Program-made: the position numbers and the translations under genes | The notes under the pieces: model-generated | Database searches by the model: none | The model's input: only the letters and a program-made list of their open reading frames with translations | What the model was told of the DNA's origin: nothing | Source of the DNA: Eledone cirrhosa | Taxonomy: Eukaryota | DNA length: 64,000 nt | Direction of reading: 5' to 3' | Assembly: GCA_964016885.1 (NCBI GenBank) | Contig: CAXHJY010000612.1 | Location: 2,343 to 66,342, forward strand | Shown: one piece after another, positions 48,191-64,000 of the stretch | Layout: every line of letters starts with the position of its first letter | Numbering within the stretch: the first letter of the stretch is position 1

Positions 48191-48841
48191 TATTAAATAA
48201 TAAAGTTGTATTGGACACATACAAAGTTGTAAATAAATGTTACGTCCTTACAAATTTTTTCCTTTTTTAAACAAAAGGTTCTAAAACAATTACTTAATTC
48301 ATAACACTACTGTCACAGCCTTTTGCACAGGAAGTGAGTAAGTTTTCGGGTTTTTAAACGTAAGTTCACCAGGGTTTGTGTCTTTTCCATTATTAGCCCA
48401 CCTCTAATGGCATTTTTTGTTCTGTTTACGACTAAATGTTATGAGCGTATTTGCAAATTGCTTTTGTTCTTTAATTTTTTAATTAGTTGTCATAGACCAT
48501 CTGCATGCAGTGCAATTGATTGCGCACACGTACACACCTGCATGCAGATAAACACTGACAGCTAATAAAAAAAAAAATCGATAATTTGCTTATTAAGACA
48601 TTGGTCAAAAAGAGAGATTGAATGTACTTAGAAAATTTTTTGAATATATTGTTCTTTTTGGCATATGTCAGAAATATAGCTACTATTCACTTCGGTTATT
48701 TTTTGTAACTAAGAAACAGTTCCTTTTGGGTGGACACTTAACGAGAAAGATCCCAGGGTTTTGGACAAGTTTGTTTCAGGCACTGTATAGACGCCAATTT
48801 TGTCACACCATGGTCATGAATTCGTATTCTTTTCCAATAGA

Positions 48842-49101
48842 TACCGTATTTTCCGCTCTATAAGGCTCTCCAGGATATAAGGTGTATCATTTAAAATCAG
48901 GTCCGCGCAACAGCGTGTAAGGCCAACCAGGAAAATGCCATTTTCTTTACTTTTAGTCTAGATCTATTACTTCTGTTAGAGCCGTGATTGATTACCATTG
49001 TATTATTTATACATAAGGCTCACCGGAGAATAAAGCGCAGAGCTGTTTTTTTATGAAATTTAGGTATTTTAAGTGCACTTTATAGGCCGGAAAATTCGGT
49101 A
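48842..49101. mobile_element. MITE of Tc1/mariner-pogo type
   Basis: Imperfect TIRs TA-CCGTATTTTCCGCTCTATAA / TTATAGGCCGGAAAATTCGG-TA with TA ends. Confidence 0.6.
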
Positions 49102-49522
49102 AGTTATTATAATCATATTTCCAAACCTTCCCATTCACCAGTAACCATGCTACCGAATCTGGTATCACCCCTCTCTGTACTTAATCACCCCTCTCTAACC
49201 TAACAGCTTCGTTACACATCGTTATGCCCACACGGAAACGTTCAAGACTTACCTAAAAAAAAAATACAGCTACTGCTTTGAGATAACGAATTAGGCGTTC
49301 TCAGGTATGCGTTCATTCACAATTGGTTAATCCTTTATGCAATATTCTCCCTTAATGTTAGCAAGCCCTGCGTTTATCCTGTCACCACTTTTAAGCAACT
49401 ACAATATTCTAATCGTAGTTATATTAAATTTATTGTCTTACCTTGATTCCCTTTTGTTCATATTACACTTTTTTCATTTACTATTGGCACAGTGCCTTTG
49501 GCTTAGCTAACCAGTAGCATTA

Positions 49523-52500
49523 ATTAACTTTCTTAGCTAACCAGTAGCATTACCCTGGAAATGAATACGGGCATACACCGGCCTTATCACAAGCCCAATG
49601 AGAACCTGCAATCGAACAGGCAATCGAACCATCCCAAGTCAGTCATAGAAGCAATAGTTAAAGGGGTATCAAAACGCATATCCACCCTGTCGGCTAACGC
49701 AGACGTGTTCAACCAGCACGCTGACTATTATAATGAGGTACTGCACAGGGCTGGTTACACAGAAACCATAGTGTACACTACGGACAGGGAAGAGCCTAGC
49801 ACCGAGGCAAGCGGATACGACAATAGCAGTAGCACTTCCATAGGTAGACGGAAAGACCCGGAACTAGATTCCAGGAACACGAGTAGCAGAATAGATCACC
49901 ACAAGGACGCAAGACTGACAATAAGACAGACGAAGACACACACGGGCGACAGACCACCCAGTACACGTAGACAGAAGCCCGGCACGAACACCACACGAGT
50001 TGCGGAAACTAGAACTAGGGACAGGGTAAGGACAAGTACGGCCGTGAAACCTGGTAGAGGGAACACCCGGCCCTGTAGCAATGATATAGCCTCGACAACA
50101 GCACCACATAGCAGTAACGAGACTAACAGTAGAACCGACAATACAAAACGGAATACCTCAGTAAGCAAACAGCATAACCCCAACACCCACGGTAGAGATA
50201 TAGATAGCGACAACATAGGGGACGAAATAACAGGCGGGCTAAACCCGAGACGGACACCAGACCCAACACACATTCACGCTACCGCACACACACGAAAGAA
50301 CAAGACAAGGTATAAGGCCGTTACAGGGTTTAACGTGCCGTATTCTAAGCATGTATGCAGCAATGTACCAGGCCTCTTCTTCCAAGCGTTAGATGAGTGC
50401 TTCCCGCTGTCGAGCAGATACCACAAGATTTTCAACCGCCACACGGTGAAGTTTTCCTTCTCCACCGCACCTAACATGGCCGACTACATGGCCAAAACCA
50501 ACACGGCGAAGATGAGGAACCTCGACCGTCAACCGCAGTGGCTGAATGACCGGTCCTCCAGCTACAACCCGGCCCATGCAGCGGCTGCCACGCCTGCGGA
50601 AGACAATACAACCCAACGCCGGACTGAAATGATTGGTGGAGAGGAGACCACTGTGTCGGCAGAACAACACCCAGAAAATCGGGAGAGGGCCGTGGCAGAT
50701 CAAGGGCCAGGCATCCGAAACAAACAATATAACGATAGAACCTTTGGAGGGAAGATGCCTAACGAAGGGCCTGGTATATAAATGTGTGGTTAGCACGCAC
50801 AATATAAAGCGCGCCTACATCAGCGCAACATCCACAACCTTTAAATCACGGATGTATAACCACACAAACTCTTTCAAGGACCAGAGCAAGAAGCACTCAA
50901 CTAGGCTGGCGGACCTGGTGTGGGACTTGAAAGACAAAGGCACCCCGTATGCCCTTAACTGGAGTATCATTCGGCACGCGAATGCATATTCGGCTGGAAA
51001 TAGAAAGTGTAGGCTATGCCAATCCGAGGCCATGGAGATAGTCAGAAGGATGATGCGGTCAACCTGAAATCGGAAATAATCATGATGTGCAGACACCAGA
51101 GAAGGTGCACACTCTCTGCATGGAATCCACCGGGCAGCCCAAGATAAAAGCATGCGGTGGAGCGCACGCCGACCAGAGTGGCGATACGGGTTCAAGAGAT
51201 CAGACACCATACCCTGTTGACTATATATGCCCCATGGGGTAAGCCGAAGTAACTCAGGATGCCCACCCAACTCTGCACGTCACCCTAGGCAAGAACATCG
51301 CCTGAGCCGGGACAGGTTGACCCGGATTCCATTGATATTCAGTCAAATGCTTTACACCAATAAGACACTATACCTCTACCAAAGTGACATACTCCAGTAT
51401 GGCCGGTCCACGCACCCCCCTGCATGTGTATCTTTTCAATAGAGAGTGCATACTCTCCACGTATTCCATTTTGTAACACCTAATGTATTTTCCATATACA
51501 GACCCACGTGTGTATCTCATACTTCTCTTGTGTACTATCTCATATGCATACACGTTCCTTCTTTTTTTATATATATTCTGCACGCATTTTCTTTGTACGG
51601 TCTGCGGATACTATGTACTGTAATACCATGAACGTCCATTATGTGGCTTTGCGTAAAGATTCCATACGTGGATTGATCCATGTTCGCAGCGTAACAACAC
51701 CTCTGTAGGCACATATAACTGGGCGCACCCTTTCATGTATAGCCCACTGTGTATCTCTATGTACCATTATATGTATATTTATTTGTATAATTTTAATATA
51801 TTTTATATTTTATATTTTTTATATATATGTATATATGTATGTATATATATATATATATGTATGTGTAGTATCTATGTATTTTTTATATGTGTACATGTTT
51901 ATAAGATGCATCCTTTCATGTACAACCCATTGTGTATCTTTATATGACTGTGTGTATATTCTGTTTATGTATATATATAGATATATATATATTTTTTTTT
52001 ATGCGTGCGTGTGTGTGTTTGGGAATATGCACATATTTGTAAGAGTGTATATGGGCCAGTGTGTGTGTGTGTGTACAAGCACCGCTGTAGGGAAAGGGCT
52101 TGTTTGTGTGTGTGTGTATATATATATATGCGTGTTTGCGAGCGTGTGTATCTGTGCGTGTATATATGGGTACGTGTGTATGTGTGTGTGTGCGTGGGTG
52201 GAGGACGGGGGGGTCTATGTATATGTCTGGACGTGTTTGCGTGTACGCGTATGTGTGTACGTGTTTGTGTGTAAGCGTATGCATGTGTATGAGCATGTGT
52301 GTGTACGTGTTGATGTATATAGGCCTGTGGGCATGTGTCTATGTATGTACGTGCCTCTCTGGATGAATGTATGCGTACGTTTATATGTTTATATGTTCTT
52401 AATGTGTGGGTATAGCGGGTGTCTATTTATGTGATTGTGTGTGTGTGGGTGTGTGTGCGCGTGTGGATGTGTGACCAAACACAGCAGTAATTCATTGAAG

Positions 52501-52877
52501 TGTAGCAGACATGGGACAGCGGAATAGTACCTGTGGTCAGAATTATGATGACGTAGACAATCAGCGGCCAATCACTGGGCGCGCGAAGAGGATAAAGTTT
52601 TTGACGATACTTGCCCATAGGGTCAGACACCCCAGTGAGAAAATATGCTCCGAAATCTTTAGACGTCTCCGTCGTACATGTGGGTCCAGAATCAGACAGT
52701 TAGACACAATGATCGTGTCTCGAGCTGTCCGGCGGCGGAAGAGTTGTAACACACATTAAATTGAGATGCATCACTGATTTTTCGTTTTATATTATATCAT
52801 ACTCTGCTCTGTAAGAGCATAGAGTGCTCAGCCAGCATACCGCCTATGGTAGCATGTTAGCTACCATCTGATGCACA
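49523..52877 (+). mobile_element. 5'-truncated Penelope-like retroelement (RT thumb, C-terminal GIY-YIG, long 3' region)
   Basis: INFL..ITLEMNTGIHRPYHKPN, SNHP, FNVPYS..., KIFNRHTVKFSFS..PNM, PLEGRCL..GLVY..AYIS..FKSRMYNH..W..CRLC..E; 3' end abuts (TA)n. Confidence 0.85.
49561..51100 (+). pseudogene. Frameshifted Penelope-like RT/GIY-YIG polyprotein fragment
   Basis: ORFs 49561-50781 and 50633-51067 are consecutive parts of one polyprotein in different frames. Confidence 0.8.
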
Positions 52878-52906
52878 TATATATATTATACATATATATA
52901 TGTATT

Positions 52907-53003
<97 letters not shown>

Positions 53004-53360
53004 CACATATATATATACATATATATATATATTATACACATATATATATACATATATATATATATTATACACATATATATATACATATATATATATATTA
53101 TACACATATATATATACGTATATATATATATTATACACATATATATATACGTATATATATATATTATACACATATATATATACATATATATATATTATAC
53201 ACATATATATATACATATATATATATTATACACATATATATATATATATTATACATATATTATACATATATATATATATTATACATATATTATACATATA
53301 TATATATATATTATACATATATATATATATATATATTATACATATATTATACATATATAT

Positions 53361-54922
53361 CATCATCAACGTTTAACGTCCGTGTTCCACGCTTGCATGG
53401 GTTTGGACGGGGGTTTTCCCTCTTGAGGCAAGAGTGATTGTCTTGCTCGCATAGGACTGTCTGGCAGGTTTTCTACAGTTGGATGCCCTTCCTAACACCA
53501 ACCAATTTTACAGTGTGGGTCTGGGAGGTTTTTACCGTGTTGCCTACACGGCCACATTACAGCGTGGACTGTGTGTTTTTTTGTCGTGACACCTACACGA
53601 TCTCATTTGTTTCGGCCTGGATGGTGTGGCACCAACATAACTTTACATAGAAGGGGCGGTGTGGATGGGGTGGGGGTGGTGGGATGGGGGTGTATTTTGT
53701 TAGAGATGCCTACTGACTGTAGTAGGTTTTACTATGTATTTAGGTAGGCGGGTCTTCTCTATTACTGAGTACCGCCAAAGGTCTCGGTCCAGTGACATTG
53801 TCTTGGAGAGGTGTAAGTGTGTGAGGTCGGAGTTTATCAGCTCGTCCCAGGTTTTTCTAGGTCTGCCTATTCCGTGGCTACCGTCTATCTTTATTGCCCT
53901 GCACTTTGTTATACAGCTATCGACTTTCATGCGCATCACGTCTCCATACCAACATAGCCTTCTCTCGAGTAAACAGCATCTGATCCCTCCTATTTCTAAT
54001 TTTTTCCTTAGTTCGTTTATGCTTTCACGTTCACGTATATTACTATTACACATCCAGCGGAGCATGCAAGCTTCGTTCCTCTCTAGTCTGCGTATATCCT
54101 CTGCACACAATGACCAGATCTCACTGCCATGCAACATTGCTGTTCGTATGCAGGCATCATACAACCTGCCTTTCGTTTTTAGGGAGAACCCTTTAGCGGC
54201 TAAAAGTGGTATAAGCTCTCTGAACTTTTTCCATCCAGTTCTGACTCTAGCTACTGTACTTTCAGAGCACCCTCCCCCACTGCTGATTTTGTCACCCAGG
54301 TAACGGAAGCTGTCCACTATTTCTATAGAGCCCTCTGCGCAGTTGAAAGAGCTAGTATTTTGTGGGCACTTGCTGCTACGTATTGCACCAGAGCACCGGC
54401 CACATGTGAAATCTATGTTCTTAGTTAGCTTACCTGTGATCCCACTACATCTTTTATGCACCCATACTTTGCATTTCTGACACAAAATGGAGTTTCTACC
54501 TACGCCTTACCTACACACTGAGCATGGCCACTTCCCGGAAGGGACCGCCGCCTTATTTTCTTTCCTACAAACTAGAACTTTGGTCTTAGCCAGACTAATT
54601 TTAAGACCTTTTGATTCTAGGCCTTGCTTCCATGTTTGGAATTTCTTGTCTAGCTCGGCCATTGATTCAGCTATGAGTGTTAGGTCGTCTGCGTATAGGA
54701 GTTCCCATGGGCAGCCGGTCTTGAACTCCTCTATTATAGCCTGAAGGGCAATAATAAATAGTAGGGGGCTGAAAACAGAGCCCTGATGGACGCCAACTTT
54801 TACGCTAAACTCTTCACTATATTCGTTGTTAATTCTAACCTTGTTGACTGTTTCTTTATACATGGCTTGTATAGCTCTCGCAAGCCATTCGTCGAAGGCT
54901 TTCTCCAAGTCGACAAAAGCTA
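53361..54922 (-). mobile_element. 5'-truncated RTE LINE family B, frameshifted
   Basis: AFVDLEKAFD, YADD, WVHKRC, IEKTRL; 3'UTR and short GAT tail. Confidence 0.92.
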
Positions 54923-55412
54923 AATATATATATATTATACATATATATATATATTATACATATATATATATATTATACATATATTATACATATATTATAC
55001 ATATATATATATTATACATATATTATACATATATTATACATATATTATACATATATTATACATGTATTATACATATATTATACATATATTATACATATAT
55101 ATATATTATACATATATATATATATATTATACATATATTATACATATATATATATATATATATTATACATATATTATACATATATATGTATAATCTATAT
55201 ATATTATACATATATATGTATAATCTATATATATCATACATATATATGTATAATCTATATATATTATACATATATATATATGTATAATCTATATATATAA
55301 TACATATATATATATGTATAATCTATATATATAATACATATATATATATGTATAATCTATATATAATCTACATATATATATATGTATAATCTATATATAT
55401 TATACATATATT

Positions 55413-55444
<32 letters not shown>

Positions 55445-56098
55445 CATATATTATACATATATATGTATAATCTATATATATTATACATATATATGTATAA
55501 TCTATATATCATACATATATATGTATAATCTATATATATTATACATATATATATATGTATAATCTATATATATAATACATATATATATATGTATAATCTA
55601 TATATAATATACATATATATATATGTATAATCTATATATATAATACATATATATATATGTATAATCTATATATATAATACATATATATATATGTATAATC
55701 TATATATAATATACATATATATATATGTATAATCTATATATATTATACATATATATATATGTATAATCTATATATATTATACATATATATATTATAGATA
55801 TATATATTATACATATATATATTATAGATATATATAATACATATATAAATATATTATACATATATATATAATACATATATAAATATATTATACATGTACG
55901 GCAACATCTTTTTCCATTTCTCCGAGGGTTATAAAGCCCACTATCGGGCTAGAAATTTCTTTAGTCTAAAATACGGTGAAAGCTTATAATTTCTAATTTC
56001 TAATTTCAAACTTGCGTACCGTTTCAAAAACATACTTACATGTTTACGTTTGTAATTTGCTTCTTTATATATATATGTATATATATTATACATATATA

Positions 56099-56208
<110 letters not shown>

Positions 56209-56304
56209 CATATATATATATATATATTATACATATATATATATATATATTATACATATATATATATATATATTATACATATATATATTATACATATATA
56301 TATT

Positions 56305-56423
<119 letters not shown>

Positions 56424-56655
56424 CATATATATATATATATATATATATATTATACATATATATATATATATATATTATACATATATATATATATATATTA
56501 TACATATATATATATATATATATATATATTATACATATATATATATATATATATTATACATATATATATATATATATTATACATATATATATATATATAT
56601 TATACATATATATATATATATATTATACATATATATATATATATATATATATATT

Positions 56656-56687
<32 letters not shown>

Positions 56688-57559
56688 CATATATATATAT
56701 ATATATATATATATTATACATATATATATATATATATATATATATTATACATATATAAGATCCCGCTGGTACAACCGCTGGTACAACCATCGCCATTCAT
56801 TCAAGAAGGAGGCCAAAAGGAAAAGCACAGCTCTCTCCGACCTGATCTGGAAGCTTAAGCTGGACAGGACCCCATACTCTCTGGCCTGGTACATAATCAG
56901 GAAAGTACCACCCGATAAAGGGGGATCTTGCATATGCAAACTATGCCTGAACGAGACCCTCGAGATACTAAGAGGTGGAAGCGGCCTGATAAACCTCAGA
57001 ACCGACTTCTTCGGGACATGCAGACACCTTAGAGCCGGGACCTTTCTCAAAATATATGGACAGTAGCAACACAAGAAGATGTGAACTCCCCTCAAGCTAT
57101 AGGGACTTCTACAGAACATGAAAACACCTCTCGGCCAGACCTCCCTCAAGCTATACGGACAATTACAACACCCTAGGTTGTGAACTCCCCTCAAGCCATA
57201 GGGAACAACCCAGGCGGAGCAGACACCATGATAGCCTAGAGACAGAATCGGACACAGCCATAATAATCTGGCCAACATCTATAACACAAACACTTTTAAT
57301 TTACCAGATTTCTGACTTTAAAGTTCCAATCTTAAATCTTGATTTCTCTATATTAATTTGTTATTTGTTTTCTGCCCTCTTCACTGTATAACCTTATATT
57401 TATATTTATTTTAAGTTGAGATAGATTATAACACAAACACATTGAATATCTCATCTTAACATCTTGTATCATACCAATCTATCCAACATATTCTGACCTT
57501 GAGATTGGTTATAGCACACACACACACACACTTTATCCTACATTATTTCTCACTTCTCA

Positions 57560-57777
57560 TACCGATACTGCCAATCCACCTCCAGGGGGGTGGATTGGCA
57601 GTATCGGTAGAGGGTCGGACGCCATGCTTTCCAGCATAGTTACGTCCCTTTACGATCTGAGTTCAAAATCCCGCCGAGGTTGACTTTGCCTTTCATCCTT
57701 ACGGGGTCGATAAAATAAAGTACCAGTAATGCACTGGGTAATTGCTGGCCTTGTGTCAAAAGTAGAAACAATTATTT
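57560..57777 (+). mobile_element. Nin-type SINE nested in the Penelope-like 3' region, with inverted 5' duplication and 17-bp TSD
   Basis: Matches 46525-46717; ATTATTTCTCACTTCTC at 57542-57558 and 57771-57787. Confidence 0.85.
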
Positions 57778-58482
57778 CTCACTTCTCCATATACATTATC
57801 ATTACTTTTTCACCAATCTCTCATTTACTCTTTATTCTTTATTCTCTATTTATTTATTTATTTTCAAATTACACAAATTATATTAATTATTTTATTTTAT
57901 TATATTATTTATTTATCTTCTGTTTTCTTCATTTATTGCCTTATATTTCTTCATATACATGAAATAACCCCCCCCCCCCTGCCACCACCACTACGATGGT
58001 GGCGGGTGGGATGAAGAGAAAACACAAACTGAATACTTCTAAATTGTTAGCAGCAGCAAGATATAAGCTGACCACTACAACAACAACAGTACCAAAATAA
58101 TGGTGGAGGTCAAATGTACTGAAAAATAGCAGGCATAAACACTACAGGGAGCCTCACCCCAGAAAGAATTCTATAGACTTCTGACTGAGGAATGCTCTCA
58201 GAACTGAACAATGGGAAGTTTGACACATTTTTTGATATTTTGTTCCTTCAACACCTTCTACCATTTTATCAATTTTTTAAGCTAACTCCAACAATGACAA
58301 CACTAATAACTGACCAATGAGAGGAGAAGGGGACCTGTGACACTAAAATTCATTTGTTTGAATTCATATGACTCCAGTTCCCCAGTGAATTAAGAACCCA
58401 ACAAGGAACTGGGCATATCAGAGTATTGACAATGTCATACACCTAAACAACATATGTACTTGTCTATACCATACTAATTCAA

Positions 58483-58537
58483 ACTGCCTGAAGAGGTCAC
58501 AGCCAAAGATGGCTGTCACTGAAATATATGTAGCAGT
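58483..58537 (+). ncRNA. Type I hammerhead ribozyme at the 3' end of the Penelope-like element
   Basis: ACTGC CTGAAGA GGTCACAGCC AAAGAT GGCTGTCACT GAAA TATATG TA GCAGT, then AATAAA. Confidence 0.85.
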
Positions 58538-58616
58538 AATAAACGAAGCTAAATTTTAATCATTTGACTTTTATTTAACTTTATTTTATATTTATATATA
58601 TATATATATGTATAAT

Positions 58617-58680
<64 letters not shown>

Positions 58681-58715
58681 GTATAATATATATTATACAT
58701 ATATATATATATGTT

Positions 58716-58754
<39 letters not shown>

Positions 58755-58795
58755 ATATATGTATAATATATATTATACATATATATATATATGTT

Positions 58796-58889
<94 letters not shown>

Positions 58890-58993
58890 CATATATATAT
58901 ATATATTATATATACGTATATGTATTATACATATATATATATATATTATATATACGTATATGTATTATACATATATATATATATATATATATT

Positions 58994-59022
<29 letters not shown>

Positions 59023-59024
<2 letters not shown>

Positions 59025-59627
59025 CTCGAGAGAAGGCTACGTTGGTATGGACACGTGATGCGCATGAAAGTCGATAGCTGTATAACAAAGTGCAGGGGCA
59101 ATAAAGATAGATGGTAGCCACGGAATAGGCAGACCTAGAAAAACCTGGGACGAGCTGATAAACTCCGACCTCACACACTTACACCTCTCCAAGACAATGT
59201 CACTGGACCGAGACCTTTGGCGGTACTCAGTAATAGAGAAGACCCGCCTTACCTAAATACATAGTAAAACCTACTACAGTCAGTAGGCATCTCTAACAAA
59301 ATACACCCCCGTCCCACCACCCCCACCCCATCCACACGCCCCCTTCTATGTAAAGTTATGTTGGTGCCACACCATCCAGGCCGAAACAAATGAGATCGTG
59401 TAGGTGTCACGACAAAAAAACACACAGTCCACGCTGTAATGTGGCCGTGTAGGCAACACGGTAAAAACCTCCCAGACCCACACTGTAAATGTGGTTGGTG
59501 TTAGGAAGGGCATCCAACTGTAGAAAACCTGTCTATGCGAGCAAGACAATCACTCTTGCCTCAAGTGGAAAACCCTCGTCCAAACCCATGCAAGCGTGGA
59601 ACACGGACGTTAAACGTTGATGATGAT
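59023..59627 (+). mobile_element. Short 5'-truncated RTE LINE family B
   Basis: [15 protein letters not shown]..., 3'UTR, GAT tail. Confidence 0.9.
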
Positions 59628-59644
59628 ATTATAATATATATATA

Positions 59645-59676
<32 letters not shown>

Positions 59677-59774
59677 TATACATATATATATATATATTAT
59701 ACATATATATATATATAATATATATATATTATACATGTATATATATATATATTATACATATATATATATATATT

Positions 59775-59816
<42 letters not shown>

Positions 59817-59857
59817 GATATTAAACAAATGGAAACTATATTTATAAAACCATATTT

Positions 59858-59921
59858 ATTTCATTATACATATTTCAGGGATACCATATTAAAAATATGG
59901 CATGCCTTCGTCAGATAAAAT
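59858..59921 (-). ncRNA. Type I hammerhead ribozyme in a ~180 bp island (59815-59995)
   Basis: Minus strand: ATTTTAT CTGACGA AGGCATGCCATATT TTT AATATGGTATCCCT GAAA TATGTA TA ATGAAAT. Confidence 0.8.
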
Positions 59922-60000
59922 ACAACATATAAACAGTTTTATAAATAATTTTGACGTACCATAATATGAGCGACCATTAAATTGGGAGGCTGCCTATATT

Positions 60001-60058
<58 letters not shown>

Positions 60059-60077
60059 CATATATATATATATATAT

Positions 60078-60990
60078 CATCATCATCATCATCATCATCA
60101 GGTTTAGCGTCCGTGTTCCACGCTTGCATGGGTTTGGACGGGGGTTTTCCCACTTGAGGCAAGAGTGGTTGTCTTGCTCGCATAGGACTGTCTGGCGGGT
60201 TTTCTACAGTTGGATGCCCTTCCTAACACCAACCACATTTACAGTGTGGGGCTGGGAGGTTTTTACCGTGTTGCCTACACGGCCACATTACAGCGTGGAC
60301 TGTCTGGCGGGTTTTCTACAGCTGGATGCCCTTCCTAACACCAACCACATTTACAGTGTGGGGCTGGGAGGTTTTTACCGTGTTGCCTACACGGCCACAT
60401 TTACAGCGTGGACTGTGTGTTTTTTTGTCGTCACACCTACACGATCTCATTTGTTTCGGCCTGGATGTTGTGGGACCAACATAACTGTACATTGAAAGGG
60501 GCGGTGTGGATGGGGTGGAGGTGGTGGGACGGGGGGTTGTTTTGATAGAGATGCCTACTGACTGTAGTAGGTTTTTACTTTGAATTTAGGTAAGGCGGGT
60601 CTTCTCTATTACTGAGTACCGCCAAAGGTCTCGGTCCAGTGACATTGTCTTGGAGAGGTGTAAGCGTGTGAGGTCGGAATTTATCAGCTCGTCCCATGTT
60701 TTTCTGGGTCTGCCTACTCCGTGGCTACCGTCTATCTTTATTGCCCTGCACTTTGTTATACAGCTGTCGTCTTTCATGCGCATCACGTGACCGTACCAAC
60801 GTAGCCTTCTCTCGAGTAAACAACATCTGATCCCTCTTATTTCTAATTTTTTCCTTAGTTCGTTTATGCTTTGCCGTTCACGTATATTACTATTGCACAT
60901 CCAGCGGAGCATGCAAGCTTCGTTCCTCTCTAGTCTGCGTATATCCTCTGCACACAATGCCCAGGTCTCACTGCCATGCAGCATTGCTGT
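60078..60990 (-). mobile_element. 5'-truncated RTE LINE family B with ~112 bp tandem duplication in the 3'UTR
   Basis: [10 protein letters not shown]...IEKTRLT*; GGACTGTCTGGCGGGTTTTCTACAG at 60185 and 60297. Confidence 0.9.
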
Positions 60991-63567
<2,577 letters not shown>

Positions 63568-64000
63568 ATCATCATCATCATCATCATCATTTTACGTCCG
63601 CTTTTCCCTGCTTGCAAGGGTGGGACGGGTCTTATTCAGCACAGCATCTCTCCACTCGTCACGGTCCCTCGTCATCTCCACCGTGAGCTTCAATGATCTG
63701 AGGTCTGTTCTCACCACCTCCGCCCATGTTTTTCGTGGTCTACCTCTACTACGTCTTCCTTCAACTGGCATTTCCTGGCACTTCTTCACCCATCGGTCAT
63801 CCTCCATGCGCATCACATGTCCATACCACCTCAGTCTCCTCTCCCGTACACTACATTCTATCCCTCTCAGACACAGTTTCTCTCTCAACACATTTATGCT
63901 GGGTCGTTCACGCACATTTACACTGCACATCCAACGGAGCATGCTTGCCTCATTTCTCTCCAGCCGTCGCATATCTTCTGCGGTAGCTGCCCATGTCTCA
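63568..64000 (-). mobile_element. 3' end of RTE LINE family A (continues beyond the window)
   Basis: ...[11 protein letters not shown]...LASREKRT* plus (GAT)n. Confidence 0.92.

Larger units (their letters stand above)
56758..58592 (+). mobile_element. Second, different 5'-truncated Penelope-like element (GIY-YIG C-terminus 56758-57066, 3' region with hammerhead)
   Basis: Frame not in the ORF track: RWYNHRHSFKKEAKRKSTALSDLIWKLK...W.IIRK...CKLCLNETLEI...LINLRTDFFGTCRH...*; (TA)n on both sides. Confidence 0.85.

Noticed and set aside
52622-52670. Hammerhead-like spacing in the PLE 3' end (CCAGTGAG...CTCCGAAA)
   Set aside because: CUGAnGA core is not intact and stems are poor; at best a decayed remnant
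55895-56068. Unique island in TA with GAAACGGTA on the minus strand
   Set aside because: No CUGAnGA and no recognisable family; left unassigned
57081-57205. Short spaced direct repeats resembling a CRISPR array
   Set aside because: Only three degenerate copies with related spacers in a eukaryotic retroelement UTR; no cas genes

Overview
Eukaryotic (animal) genomic DNA, very likely from an octopus or other coleoid cephalopod. This is an inference from the RTE LINEs with (GAT)n tails, the Nin-type SINE, the large single-exon C2H2 gene and the extreme (TA)n content. More than half of the window is degenerate (TA)n/(TATACA)n microsatellite, and nearly all 'YIYI' ORFs in the track are artefacts of it. 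The only convincing host gene is a 16-finger C2H2 zinc-finger gene (35250-36950, minus strand); a possible terminal exon lies at 23551-23661. Embedded in the microsatellites are about 10 5'-truncated RTE-clade LINE copies from two families, tRNA-derived SINEs, two Penelope-like (GIY-YIG) retroelement remnants and several short non-coding islands. The main hidden signal is that many of these islands carry type I hammerhead ribozyme motifs (CUGAnGA...GAAA, mostly palindromic minimal stem III). Nine near-complete motifs from several sequence families are present. Some sit in 450-730 bp tandem or inverted retrozyme-like units, some have stem II expanded to about 95-115 nt, and four share a C-C mismatch at stem II position 4. 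All folds were done by eye and none has been tested for activity.
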